Positions 26,549 through 37,944 of a stretch of 64,000 nt of DNA are shown piece after piece. A program made the translations under genes and the position numbers. Where the stretch lies: contig OZ193909.1 in assembly GCA_964276515.1 (NCBI GenBank), positions 20,956,001-21,020,000 of the forward strand, in the 5' to 3' direction. The number at the start of each line of letters is the position of its first letter. Position 1 is the stretch's first letter. The stretch is from Gordius albopunctatus. Lineage: Eukaryota. The notes under the pieces are model-generated. The model ran no database searches, was not told where the DNA came from, and saw only the letters and a program-made list of their open reading frames with translations.

Positions 26549-27248
26549 TAATTCTATTACCGAGTTAATACTGTTAAGTAGCTGAACGTTATTGTATTTT
26601 TAATAGAAATATGTTCCAAACGTGACTGGAGATACGTTTCGTTTTTTAGATTTGACGTTTGTTATTTCTGATCAATTAATTAATTTAATCTTATTTAATA
26701 CAGCAAAGGAATATAACAAGAAAAAAGGTATATATTGTTATATATAATAACGGCACGCCTGCATCTATAGGTTACAATGTGTTGGACTTGCAAATATAGA
26801 GATGCATAGAAAAAGTAATATCAAAAGGTGACATACGTCACTACAGGTACTTTTCTTCTAAAACATTTATGTAAAACAGAATCTTATATATAAAAATGAA
26901 ACTAGTGTGTATGCCGCCACCAATTTTGGAAAACTACCAGACCGATTTGGCTCAAAATATCACACTTTATTCCTGACACTCCGGAGCATTTATTAAGATT
27001 TGTTCGAGCCAAATAGGTCAAGTAGTTTTCAAGTTAGTTTGTTTAAGACAGCAAATCTGTCTTCGGATTCCCCCGGTTACGCAATTGTTTCGCCGGGGGC
27101 GTTTATTTGTTTTAATAACCCAATATACTACAACTACTACATATGTTAAATCAAAAAGCGTTGTAAAGACGACGAAAATTTAGGGAAAGACAGCGATATG
27201 AACAAAAGAGGGCAGGTATGCGTTAACACGTGAGGCGTAAAAAAGAGC

Positions 27249-27299
27249 GAATGAATATGGCGAGGTGCGTGGTGCTTTTATAGGTGCGTGTCACGTGTT
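27249..27299 (-). promoter_or_regulatory. Candidate Pol II core promoter (E-box, TATAAAA, TCATTC initiator)
   Basis: CACGTG; TATAAAA at 27282-27276; A of TCATTC at 27252, 30 nt from the TATA start. Confidence 0.5.
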
Positions 27300-27452
27300 C
27301 CATGGGATTTCGGTTCCGTTTTCCTCGGTTGTATCGCTGGGATTTTCGTCGTCCCAAAACCCCAGGTCGATCTCTTCTAAGTCGGGAAGCGTTGTTCCTT
27401 GTGGGGCTATGTTCGTTAATTGGTTTGGGACCGAGTATCTTTCGGGGGGCAT
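27291..27452 (-). CDS. Small acidic ORF (53 aa) directly after the pol stop codon
   Basis: TGA-ATG juxtaposition; MPPERYSVPNQLTNIAPQGTTLPDLEEIDLGFWDDENPSDTTEENGTEIPWNT. Confidence 0.4.
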   Translation of the reverse strand: MPPERYSVPNQLTNIAPQGTTLPDLEEIDLGFWDDENPSDTTEENGTEIPWNT

Positions 27453-29800
27453 TCAAGTGCGGGATGGTAGGTCCACTGGGTTGCTATCTGTTGCCACCCA
27501 TCGTAGGTTAAAGTGAAGTCGGATCAAGTGCGATAGGTCGTATGCTGCGACGAATTCGCTATGATATTCTTGATTGTCGGTGAGTTGGACCCGCCTTTTA
27601 GGAGAACGAAGTACGCGGTGCTCGAGTTTGTAAACACTTTTGGGAACCGGTACGCGTTGTTTATGGCATTTAGGTACTCATATATGGCGGCGAGGGTCTC
27701 GGTGGCCGTTATATGGTTGTCGTGAGGCCATGTTATCCCTATAGCGTCGGCGGCGTCCAGGAAGGTGATTGAGAAGTTGACGTCGTTCCATGAGATGCCG
27801 ATGTGCGATTCGGAGGCATCGGCGTAAATGACGGTGTCGTGCTCGTGATACAGTGGAACGATTTGTGGTAATAACGTCATACATCCTAGGAGTTTGGCTT
27901 GGGCCTCCTTCCTGTTGTGGGTAGACCCGCGTTTTGCTGCTATTGCGTAGAAAACGCTGAAAAGCCTGGGCATGCCGGTTAGATTGTAAAAGAAGTAGTT
28001 TAACACCCCCAATGCCTCCAAGAGTGAATTGTCTTCGGGGGGTTCCGAAGTGGCTGCGTAGAGGTGCAGGATGTCAGCAGAATATTTTAGGCGCTCCTGC
28101 ATTTCGGGCGAGCCTTTGATGGAGTGTGTCTCGAAGTCCAATATGAGCCCCAGGTACTCGAGTTTCGTCTCTGGACGCCAAGATGTCTTGTTGGTGTTTA
28201 TCGTGAGGCCACAGTCGGTGACTAGTGCTGCAATGTTACCTAGGTTCTTTGATACATCGTCGTCGTCCTTGGCGAAGATGAGAATGTCGTCAAGGTACAC
28301 GTTATAATTGCACTTTTGTACTGATTTTTTTGACCAGATCGGCCACGATGGTCTGCAGGACATAGGGTGAAAAGGAGGCACCCATTGGTAAGACGTTATA
28401 ATGGAACAGTTTGTCTCGCCACTTGTAGCCGCAATACTTTCTTGCGTTCTTATGTAGTGGTATGCTAAAAACGCAGCTTTAAGATCGATCTTGGCTGCGT
28501 AGTTAGCCCTTGCTAACTTCTTGGCAGTAAGGGGAATAGTAGCTAGCTTTACGGGCAGATGCTTGAAATTCTTTGAAGCATCTGATAAATTCGTAATTAC
28601 TCTAGGGTCCCCGTTACGCTTAGCGATGAACAATGTTGCCGATGTGATGGCGAGCGCTTGCGTCTCGGAAACAACTCCGGATTCCTTCATCATGGTAAAT
28701 AAGCTCGGGCTTCCTTTTGAGATTCTTTTACGGTGGCCTGGCCGGAACAGGCCGTCGTTGCGCTGTATTTTTGGTAAGTCCAGCGGGGGTTTGAAGCCTT
28801 CAAACGCCACTTTCATCGTGAAAGGGGACATCAACGGGTGTGGCTTTAGCCGCGTTGTTTTGATGCCCAAAGCCCCTGTGGGCCTAATGTTTGAACCCGG
28901 TTTTCCCCATTGGAAGATAGTCTTATGCCTATCCACAAGGGTCACTCGTGTGCCAACGTCGGTGGGTAGTTTCGGGTATTCCCGAGGCGGTAAAGGTGGG
29001 GGTTGCGCTGGCCCGTTGTCATCGTCGTCCGGTTGCGCGGGTGAAAAGATCTGGCGGCGGGTCTCCCGTAGAAAATTTTTAATTTGTTGCCACCACCTGG
29101 GAGAGCCCTGATCTTTATCACCATTGGGAGTCGGTAAACCCGAGGGCTCGTACTCCCACAGTTTGACGGTTTCTTTTATAAGTTTACGAACGCGTGGCAG
29201 GGCCGCGTTCTTTTGGAAGTCTCGGCCCGGCTTCTTGCCTCGGCCCCTGCCAGCTGCTGGAAAAAACGACTTTTTGGGAGATTTAGACGTGGCTATATCT
29301 ACGTTGCTGAAACCCATATCCGTGAGCCATGTAGTATCGTGCTTGGCTGCTGTGGCCAAATTGTATTTGATGGCTAGGCATAGCGTTTTAAGTTGCTTAT
29401 CGTGTGTGACGAGACTTTCATAGGCGAGGTTGGGAGGCACACTTTTGACATCTCGATGGCGTATTTTCCCTCGTGTCTATCGCGTTTTTGAACGCGCTGG
29501 TCTGGGTCCCTTAGGAGCTCCTCTAGACCTTGGGTGTGTTTTCGTATGTCGTCACAAATGGCAGCTGGAGTTTTAGGAGGTTCGGGCGCTGGTACGATTT
29601 GAACCGTTGAGGGCATAGTCATTGGGGCCATAAAAGGCGGTGGCCCCGGTTCTGAGAGCCTGTTAGTTAATGACGACATTGAGCTCTCCAGCATCGCTCT
29701 AAATGAGTCGATTTGCCGTTGATTCGCTCTGTTTTGTTCCCTCTGAAGTTCAAATAATTGAGCTACTAGGTCCGTCGAGCCCGCACCGGGAACCCCTGAT
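27453..29800 (-). mobile_element. DIRS/Ngaro-related retroelement with hepadnavirus-like motifs, copy 1: gag-like ORF + RT + RNase H, frameshifted
   Basis: KIDLKAAF, (shifted frame) LPMGASFSPY, VYLDD, GLTINTNK, EYLG, IYADAS, HITATETLAA, (shifted frame) WVATDSNPVDLPSR*; no recombinase or integrase seen. Confidence 0.85.
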
Positions 29801-30514
29801 TTGAATATACAGTTCTTTAGTAAAAAAGTGTATCACTTATAGTATTTTCTAAAACGTAATGCGTGTACGTAGTGTAGTGTGATAAATGTAGGCATGTGCT
29901 GCGGAAAATGGAAACTTTTTACGATTTGAAGCATTAAATCAAAGTCATTTTTTGCTTATTTTTCACGTCAATTATTATTATAGGACGGTCGTGTCCCCTC
30001 CTGCGTGGCTAAATAAATTAAAAAATCTCATTTTATCATTTTTGCGCGTTAAATAAGGAGAAAAATGAAAATACTTTTAACAAAGTACCAATAAATGTTG
30101 ATATATCTGAGTTCTTCGGACGTTATTAAGTTCAGAATTAAAAGTTTTATTCAGAAACAAATAATTATAATTATGATATTGTTTCTTAATTACAAAAAAT
30201 TGCTTGAAGGGCCAGGGGGCCAAAGATTTTTTTCTTGGGGGGGGGGGGGGGCAGGTTTTCTCTCTTGGGTGGGGTTGGGCCTTGGATCTCTTTAACTATT
30301 TGTTTAAAAAATTTTGCATAATAAACACTTACCAATTATATTTGATATATTCTTAATCTATTATACGGAAATAGAACAATAGAAGTAGAACATATAGTCA
30401 TCAAACTTTATTTTTACTTCAATAACCGCTTTATATTTATATATGCCCTAAAATTCCAACATAATTTAATACACCCGGGTAAATGGCAAAACAACGTTTT
30501 CCGGGTTCATCTAG

Positions 30515-30743
30515 CATGGGCGTACGCAGGTTTTTAATTAGGGGGGGGGCAGAATTTAAAAAAAAATTTGATTAATCAAAGATTTTCCTGAGAGCAAAAA
30601 AAAGTCTCGACATCCAAAATTTTGGCATAGGGAGGGGCAGTGGCTAATTAGCGAGGGGCAAAACATAATTTTTTTTTAATTTTTAAGGGTTTTTGTATTG
30701 AAAAAATGTTTTATTTTAAAATCCCCCCCTGCGTACGCCCATG
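30515..30743. mobile_element. hAT-type MITE inserted at the Helitron 3' terminus
   Basis: 16-bp TIR CATGGGCGTACGCAGG; perfect 8-bp TSD TCATCTAG. Confidence 0.9.
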
Positions 30744-32651
30744 TCATCTAGTATTAGATATAATATAGTCCGAAATTTGGGATGTATTCACACAACTTTT
30801 TAGGTCAATAATCATGTCTACCTCTTCGCGAGCCTTTTGATGAATCGGTGATGGCTTAGGTTTGGAACCTTTAAGATTGCTTGAGGTTGGAGAGGTTGTG
30901 TATGAAAGGAACGAATCAAAAGATTTAGAGGTGATATTTTCAAGGAAATTAAATGGATATTACCCCATGTCACAACAAGCCTCTTTTGACCTTCTCGGGA
31001 TTTTTCGTGTTTGAAACAAATTTAATTTATTATAACGTTGTTGTTACATCTAATGCAATGCACCAGCCCAAAGACTTTCTAGTCTAGAGATTTAAAAGCC
31101 TGTATGTTTGATAAACATTTTCAACTCGATATTCTATAAAAGGAAAATAGTCATCTTTTCTCGGTTTCACATATATTTGTAACAATATTTGACTGAGGGA
31201 ATAAACCTAGGAAGATATAAAACTATACATAATTGCTATTGAAACTTTATAAAATAATTAAAGTAGTTATTTTTTTTAAATTAAGATTATTATTATATAT
31301 TTAAAATGGAATTGACTGAATGGTATCTAAAATACACCTATCATTGGTTGAACTGACCTATTAATATTAATTATGTTATAATTTATACAGACTTCAAAAG
31401 CATATTTTGCCTAAATGTTACGATATGAACATAGGTTGGCTCATAAAATTAAAATTAAATATTGGGCTAGGGCTGCGCTTGGGCCGGTTACAAGCAACTT
31501 TGCAAAAATATAATTATAATTTTGCATTAACCGAGACCATCATTTAAATAACTTAGCTTTTTTTTCAAATGTGGGACAATACATTTCGATTTCTTTCCAG
31601 TCGACTCTCCCGGGGATTGTATGGCGCTAAACCTATTTACTTTAAATTTTATCCAAATTAAAAACTTTTTTTTGTAAATAATATTTTATATTGTCATTCC
31701 GATCAGAGGTCAGATTTGTTAGGAATTTTATGCCCGAACCCGGCCCGGTTCCATTTTTTAACTTCATTGCCCGCCCGAGCCCGTCCGAACCTTCTAGGTG
31801 CCAGCCCGGGCCCGCCCGAAATATTAAATTTACCTATTAGGCCCTAAATTTTGCGATCTCAAATTCTTTCAACCAAAATTAAAAAATAAGCATTAAATTA
31901 ATGGCATATTTAATAAAACAAGTCCATGAAAATATTTATGTAACAATTTTTTAATTAACTTTAAAGTTTACATATTTAATAAATAATATTAGAATAAACA
32001 AAATTATACTCCCCTTTTGAGTTCACCCCTTTGCCCTACCCATAAATAAACTTCTTAATGAATAAAATTAGTTCAATTAGTCAATCTGTGCTCTGTTAAA
32101 ACTTACTTTTTTGATAAAAAGACAATAATTTATCAATAGAATTTAAATGCAATTTATGGATAATTTTTTGAACTTAAAGCCAAAAAGAAAGGTATAAAAA
32201 TTTTTTATCATGAAAATAAGTAGTAACTTAGCGAAAGCGACGAATGATAAGGGAATAATAAAGGTTAATTGGAGAAACTTTGTGATGGCGAAATCAAGTT
32301 TCTTAACTTTTTTAGCATTTTAATATGCAATAAAATAAAAAGTAACAAAATAATACACTATTTAAAAAATCTTATTAAGCCCGAATTGCCCGAATCCTAT
32401 CTTCGAGCCGCCCGCCCGGGCCCGCCAGAAAATAAAAATTTAAGACAGTTTCCCGGCCCAGGCAATCTGGTCTTTGATTCCGATCGATTGTATTCGTCGC
32501 TCAAAATGTGACGCACACATTCAAAAAACTTACTAGCCGTTTAATTACAGTATAAAACAACCAGACCCCTGGGGAGATCGGTAGAAAATTGTCAAAAATA
32601 ATTTTTATAACCATAAGCCTAATTATAAGCTCAAATTATATACCCACCTAG

Positions 32652-32815
32652 CATGGGCGTAGCCAAGGGGGGGGGGCAGCAGGGAGAAGCGGTTGCCCCC
32701 CTCTAAATCCAAAAAATAGTTTAAAATTATTAAAATTATTGCTAAAAAATGATCATTTTGCCCCTCCCTAAACCTTTATTGCCTCCATCTAATTCCAATG
32801 CTGGCTATGCCCATG
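32652..32815. mobile_element. MITE, CATGGGCG family
   Basis: CATGGGCGTAGCCA..TGGCTATGCCCATG; TSD not clear. Confidence 0.7.
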
Positions 32816-33254
32816 GGTGTATACCCTAGCCAGAAGAATTAGCATTCTTAGCTAGGATATAAAAGTGTAAAAAAATTAAGAATGAATAATATTTATGGGG
32901 TTTCAGAAACCTCACGAAAGTTTAAATTTAATATCACTTAGACAGTTTTAGATTTAGAAACTTTCGTTTTTTCAGTGTTTTAATAAATTTATCAAAAGCT
33001 ATATATCCTGAAAATTTCATGTGTTTTGTTCCAAAAATTTTGGATTTATAAGCGTTTAGGGTTCCTTACACCCCACAAGGTAAGTTAAGAAGGTTTTTTT
33101 TTATTATTTTCAAGAAAATTTTTTTAAAATATTTATTTAAGCAGGTATATAACGAAATGATTATTGTTTCTATATTTTTTTATTTAAATAGTTATTTTAA
33201 CTTTTTTGGGGCTACTTTGTAATTTTCGTAATAAGGTGTTGATTGCTTCTATCA

Positions 33255-33410
33255 GACCTTTAGGCAATATATTTCAAACAAGCCTAACAGATATGCCTTA
33301 AAATTTATTCTCCTGTGGTTCCAAAAATTTTTTATACATTTAACTTCGAATTATATGCTATGCAGGCATTCAGCCAGAGGGTCCTTTTAAAGTTAGTAAA
33401 AAGCCTAATA
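33255..33410 (+). mobile_element. piggyBac transposase remnant
   Basis: Frameshifted FRQYISNKPNRYALK..FNFELY..QPEGPFKVS resembles a conserved block of piggyBac transposases. Confidence 0.6.
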
Positions 33411-33985
33411 AAATGACCATTTTTTAAATACTTCTATTTTTTCTGTATAATAATTTTATTCAAAATGGATGCTTTTTATATTTTTAAACCATTTGCCTTT
33501 CAAGATATTTATTACCTGTATGATGTATCTGACAAAAATAAAAAATAGCATTTTGGTTTTTATAAATATCTTTGGGTTTAAGAATTTGCATGAAATTATT
33601 AAATTACTACTTATAATCAATTATTTTTTACAATAAACTATAAGTGGCATTAATAAACTTATATTTAAACTTTTAGAAGTGTACCTATATTAATGGTAAT
33701 ATTATGATCATTATAAGAATGGGGTTTGATATATTCCATAAGTCTGCCCAGGATTGAGATTTTCATAAGTACTCTCGAGGTAAATGACATAATCCGACGG
33801 TTTTATTTTGATGGATTCATAAAAAATGCGGTTGCCATATTCCATATCGATTGATTATTCAATTAAAGATTAGGCGGGTAAGTGGCTTAGAGGCCAATGC
33901 ATATTATCAGTTGAAGATGAGCTCATTGATTGGATCGTTTGACGATATCCATAAAATGCAATTTTAGGGTATTAAGATGCCCTTC

Positions 33986-34146
33986 CATGGGCTTTGCTAA
34001 AGGGGGGAAAGGAGGGGCGGCTTCCCCCCTCTAAATTCAAAGTTTGTTGAGATTTATTAAAATTATGGCTAAAATTTAAAAAAAATCCTTTTGCCCCTCC
34101 CTAAATCATTATTGCCCCTCTCTAATTCCAATGCTGGCCGCCCATG
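33986..34146. mobile_element. MITE, CATGGGC family
   Basis: CATGGGC..GCCCATG termini and shared body. Confidence 0.65.
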
Positions 34147-35121
34147 CAATAGACCCTATCAACATTTTCATTCCTTAAATCTCTTTTTATTTCAACTTGA
34201 AAATAGCGTGGGTGTTATTAGAGTTTGGTGAAAAATCTCTTCTTTTAATTATTCTCCCTTTAACAATTGATCGCTTTTTTCAGTCTGAACTTGGTAAATA
34301 TACATCGGTCGGATAGCTGGAAAGTATAAATACGTATTGAATGTGTAGCCAAATAAACATAAACTTGCAATTTTATTGAATCAACATATCTTAACCTCGC
34401 CCCTCACTTCTCTAAACTATATTAATTTGATTAAATCTGAATTTCATATAACTGTTAAACTTTAAACAGCCTACAATTTACAAAAACTCTGCATGCATAT
34501 TTAGATTAAAACCTTGAAATTAATATGGTTAATTTCGATTAATCAATTTAAAGATGAATTCTTTGGTTACAACTGATTAAACTTGTGTTTTAGTGTCTTT
34601 GCCAACCCTAGAATTATAAAACTGTATGAGTATTGTTTTTGTTTTGCACAGTCATGCAAAATAAATACTAAAAAATGACTAATTTTCATACATTATATGG
34701 GTTTGCGTTAAATTCTATTATATTGTGTTGGCATGAATTTAAACATATATTTAATATATATAATTATTATAATTTATATTTTCCATTATTTTATTTATTT
34801 ACGATTTTGTATCTAGTTTGGAAATGTGTTATTTATTATGTCCATTAGTGATTATGGGTCCGAATCATTATATGTATCAAATAATTTTTTGGTATGCTGA
34901 TTACCATATTTCCATAATTTAAAAAATTTAAGTTATAAACATGAATTATAACATACATAATACCAATTATATAGTATAGCGAATAGGCACTTTCTTTAAA
35001 CAGGGTTGTGCCTATTAATTTTTGTTTTAAATTTACTATAAAACTCACAAAAATAAACTAATATACATATCAGCATATATAAAATCAAATGTGTCATAAA
35101 TGATTGGTGCAAATTACAGGA

Positions 35122-36459
35122 TTATCCACTTTGTCTAACAGGATCAATAGACTTATGAAACTTTGTCACTTTGGCCAAGCATCGTTTAATTTGATATAAC
35201 TTTCTTGCAATTAATGGCATACAAGAATTTCGGTATGGTTCATTAAAAGCCAAGTTGATGTAGAAGGAGGAGCTCACGTATATAAATTGTAGCATGGTTA
35301 AGGATATGTATATAGGAGCTAACGTAGACCTTGAGTACCTTTCACGTAATATTTTTTGTACCATTAGGGCCAAATTTAGAGGTAACATGAGAAAGACAAA
35401 TTCCCAAGTTAGAATTAGCAATGTTCTCCAATGTTGTTTGTTCTCCAGGGCTCTTGATGTAGATAATCTGCGCGCCTGATAAGTAGTATGTTGTTCCAAA
35501 CTTACTCCTCGCACTAAGTTTTCACAATCTATAACGCTTGGGGTAACTTCTTTGACAACACCCTTATTTTTAGGATGCAGCATTATACTAATACTCTTTC
35601 TGCTAGTTACATTTATTTTAGATATTAGCCTCTTTTTATGACTGAAAAATGATTTTGTTTTGACAATAATAAGGATGGTGAAGGGCAAAATGTTTACTAA
35701 CAATTCTCTACATATTTGGTAAGCGTTCCATATTGTTCCAATGTTACAATCATTACTGTAAAACATATTAGGCCACTCATAGTTGTAAAGATAAAATTTT
35801 CTACATTTTGAAGTAACAATAGTAATGTTTAAAGATTTATTATTTTCGCCGTGTCTTATAAAACATTCGTCGCTGCATATTAATATTCTTTTAACTTCAT
35901 ACGAAAAATAAGTAGGGAGGTACCAGATTATACAGTATATAAAAGCAAATGACAACACCTTATATACTCTCGACATTGTTACCCAAGATTTGTATTTAAA
36001 CGGATATTTCAAGGCTATAAGTTGATTGGTAAAAAGAATTAAAAATAACCAAAAACTAAAAGATATCAATGGTTTTATAATTGGATAATTGTAGTTTGCG
36101 ATGTAGGTTGCCCAGGCTTTACTATTCCACACGTGATTTTTCAAACCATCTCCGTACACTTTTAACAAAGGATCCACTATGAAGAATAAGGAATTCACAA
36201 AATTCACAATATAAAATAGGGTTAGGAGAAACTGATTAACAAAATTGCGTTTGGTTGTAGTTGTGGGCATATCTTCGCTCGATTTTTTGGCTACATAGAC
36301 TCCTAATATATTCCCGGTTACTCCACTGGCAAGTAAAACAACGCTGATTATTTGATTAAAAGTATTTAATGGAGTATTGTGGTATATGTCAAACTGTTTA
36401 AACGAAAAACAACGTTCTTCCATTGAATTGTTATTTTGGCACCAAATTTTGTCACCCAT
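35122..36459 (-). CDS. Divergent rhodopsin-family (class A) 7TM GPCR, intronless
   Basis: About seven hydrophobic segments; TM1 GVTGN; TM3 end NQLIALKYPFKY (DRY position); TM6 FLMLP; TM7 SFYINLAFNEPYR. Confidence 0.8.
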   Translation of the reverse strand: MGDKIWCQNNNSMEERCFSFKQFDIYHNTPLNTFNQIISVVLLASGVTGNILGVYVAKKSSEDMPTTTTKRNFVNQFLLTLFYIVNFVNSLFFIVDPLLKVYGDGLKNHVWNSKAWATYIANYNYPIIKPLISFSFWLFLILFTNQLIALKYPFKYKSWVTMSRVYKVLSFAFIYCIIWYLPTYFSYEVKRILICSDECFIRHGENNKSLNITIVTSKCRKFYLYNYEWPNMFYSNDCNIGTIWNAYQICRELLVNILPFTILIIVKTKSFFSHKKRLISKINVTSRKSISIMLHPKNKGVVKEVTPSVIDCENLVRGVSLEQHTTYQARRLSTSRALENKQHWRTLLILTWEFVFLMLPLNLALMVQKILRERYSRSTLAPIYISLTMLQFIYVSSSFYINLAFNEPYRNSCMPLIARKLYQIKRCLAKVTKFHKSIDPVRQSG

Positions 36460-36811
36460 TTCATGCTATACAATTAAAACATTTCAAAGTTTTTGTAGGA
36501 TAATTTTCTATGTCAAATGGCTTTTTAAATAATTCGTTAAATTAATGGAATTTTGAATGTAAATCAAGTTAAATACAAGTTTTAAGAAATCGCGCCAACC
36601 TTTGAATATAATTGTATTAACCAATAAGTTGGGAATGAAAAATTATTCAACGTATACGTAGGTAGATGAAACCCTATAGGGCTATGACATAATTAATTAG
36701 CATTCAATGATCAAAATAGTATTTTATTCAGCCAAAAAATTTATCGATAATTGAGAGGTAGAATATGATAAGATGACGCAGATTACATACTTAAAAAATA
36801 TTGACTATAAG

Positions 36812-36977
36812 TACAGGCGTAGCCAATGCGTGGCAGGGAGGGGCGGTTGCCCCCATTTAAATCCAAAAATTATTCAAGCTGTAATATAATTATGACTAAA
36901 ATTACTAAATATTATAATTTTGCCCCTCCCTAAATCATTATTGCACTTCTCTAAATTCACTCCTAGCTATGTCCATG
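36812..36977. mobile_element. Degenerate MITE, CATGGGCG family
   Basis: Shared body; TSD ACTATAAG/ACTTTAAG. Confidence 0.65.
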
Positions 36978-37944
36978 ACTTTAAGCCTATTTTTAATTTT
37001 TAATACAAAGTAGGGACAGAAATAATTGTTAGAAATATCCTTATATATCATCATAATGATCCAATGCCATTTTGTCGAAATGCAACCAAAGATAATTTAT
37101 TGTGATTTTTTGCTTAGATATGAACGACTAAAGTGCTTTAATATGAATAAAATGAGTTTATTTGTATAAAGATATATATAAAAAAATAATTAGCTAAAAT
37201 TAAATGAGATGTTATGTAAATTTAAAGTGATGAGAATGCATATAGTAGTTATTGTTTCTCTTTTTAAATAACCATTTATCGATTAAAAAACATGTAATTT
37301 ACGAAGTTTTGGTTGTATTCAACTAACGTTAATAGTTAATATCACTTTTATCAGAACACTCGTCTCGTGCGTCATAAATGAACACTCGACAAATATTTAT
37401 ATTAAGGGGGGGGGCGGATTGGGCTTTGGAAATGTTTTAGCGGTATTAAAGAATTTATATTTGAAGGATAAAATGTTGTTTTATATTTAAAGGGGGGGGG
37501 GGTGGACTGTTTATCAGGAGAGGAGCTGGACAAAGCAAATTGTTTAGGGGATATTGCAATTTTTGTGTAGCAGCCCTCCGTGGCTGTTACCTTCTCTCCC
37601 CCCTCTTGCACTGGCAATCACAAGTGCCGTCCAAGGTCCTTATATTATAAACTCTTTAGATCTTTTGTTGTAGTTCCTTGGCGGAAATCTTCCAAGGCTG
37701 TTTGGGCTCCCTCTAGGCCTGCCTTCCTCACCCTCTTCACTATAATTATTAATTTTAGGCCTTGTCTGATATTCTCCTTGCCCCCATCTAGGGCAATTCC
37801 TTCTTATAGGCCCCATCTTACCTCACAAATAGAATTTTTGTTAATTTTCAGAGAGAATATACTTTACTTATTTTTTAATAACCACAATAATCCTAAAAAC
37901 TAATATTAAAATAATCAAAATTATATTATTTCATTTTTATTTTT

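Larger units (their letters stand above)
26882..30514 (+). mobile_element. Non-autonomous Helitron with a 3.3-kb internal insert (27035-30361)
   Basis: 26882-27034 and 30362-30514 match the two halves of the Helitron at 4250-4587; 5' A|TC and 3' CTAG are retained. Confidence 0.8.

Noticed and set aside
27040..27100. Possible hammerhead ribozyme on the minus strand (CGAAAC..GTA; CCGAAGA-stem)
   Set aside because: No intact CUGANGA box in the right order relative to GAAA; kept only as hairpins.
31700..32470. GCCCG-rich element similar to the reverse complement of ~7880-7990
   Set aside because: Probably another non-autonomous DNA transposon, but I could not define TIRs or a TSD.
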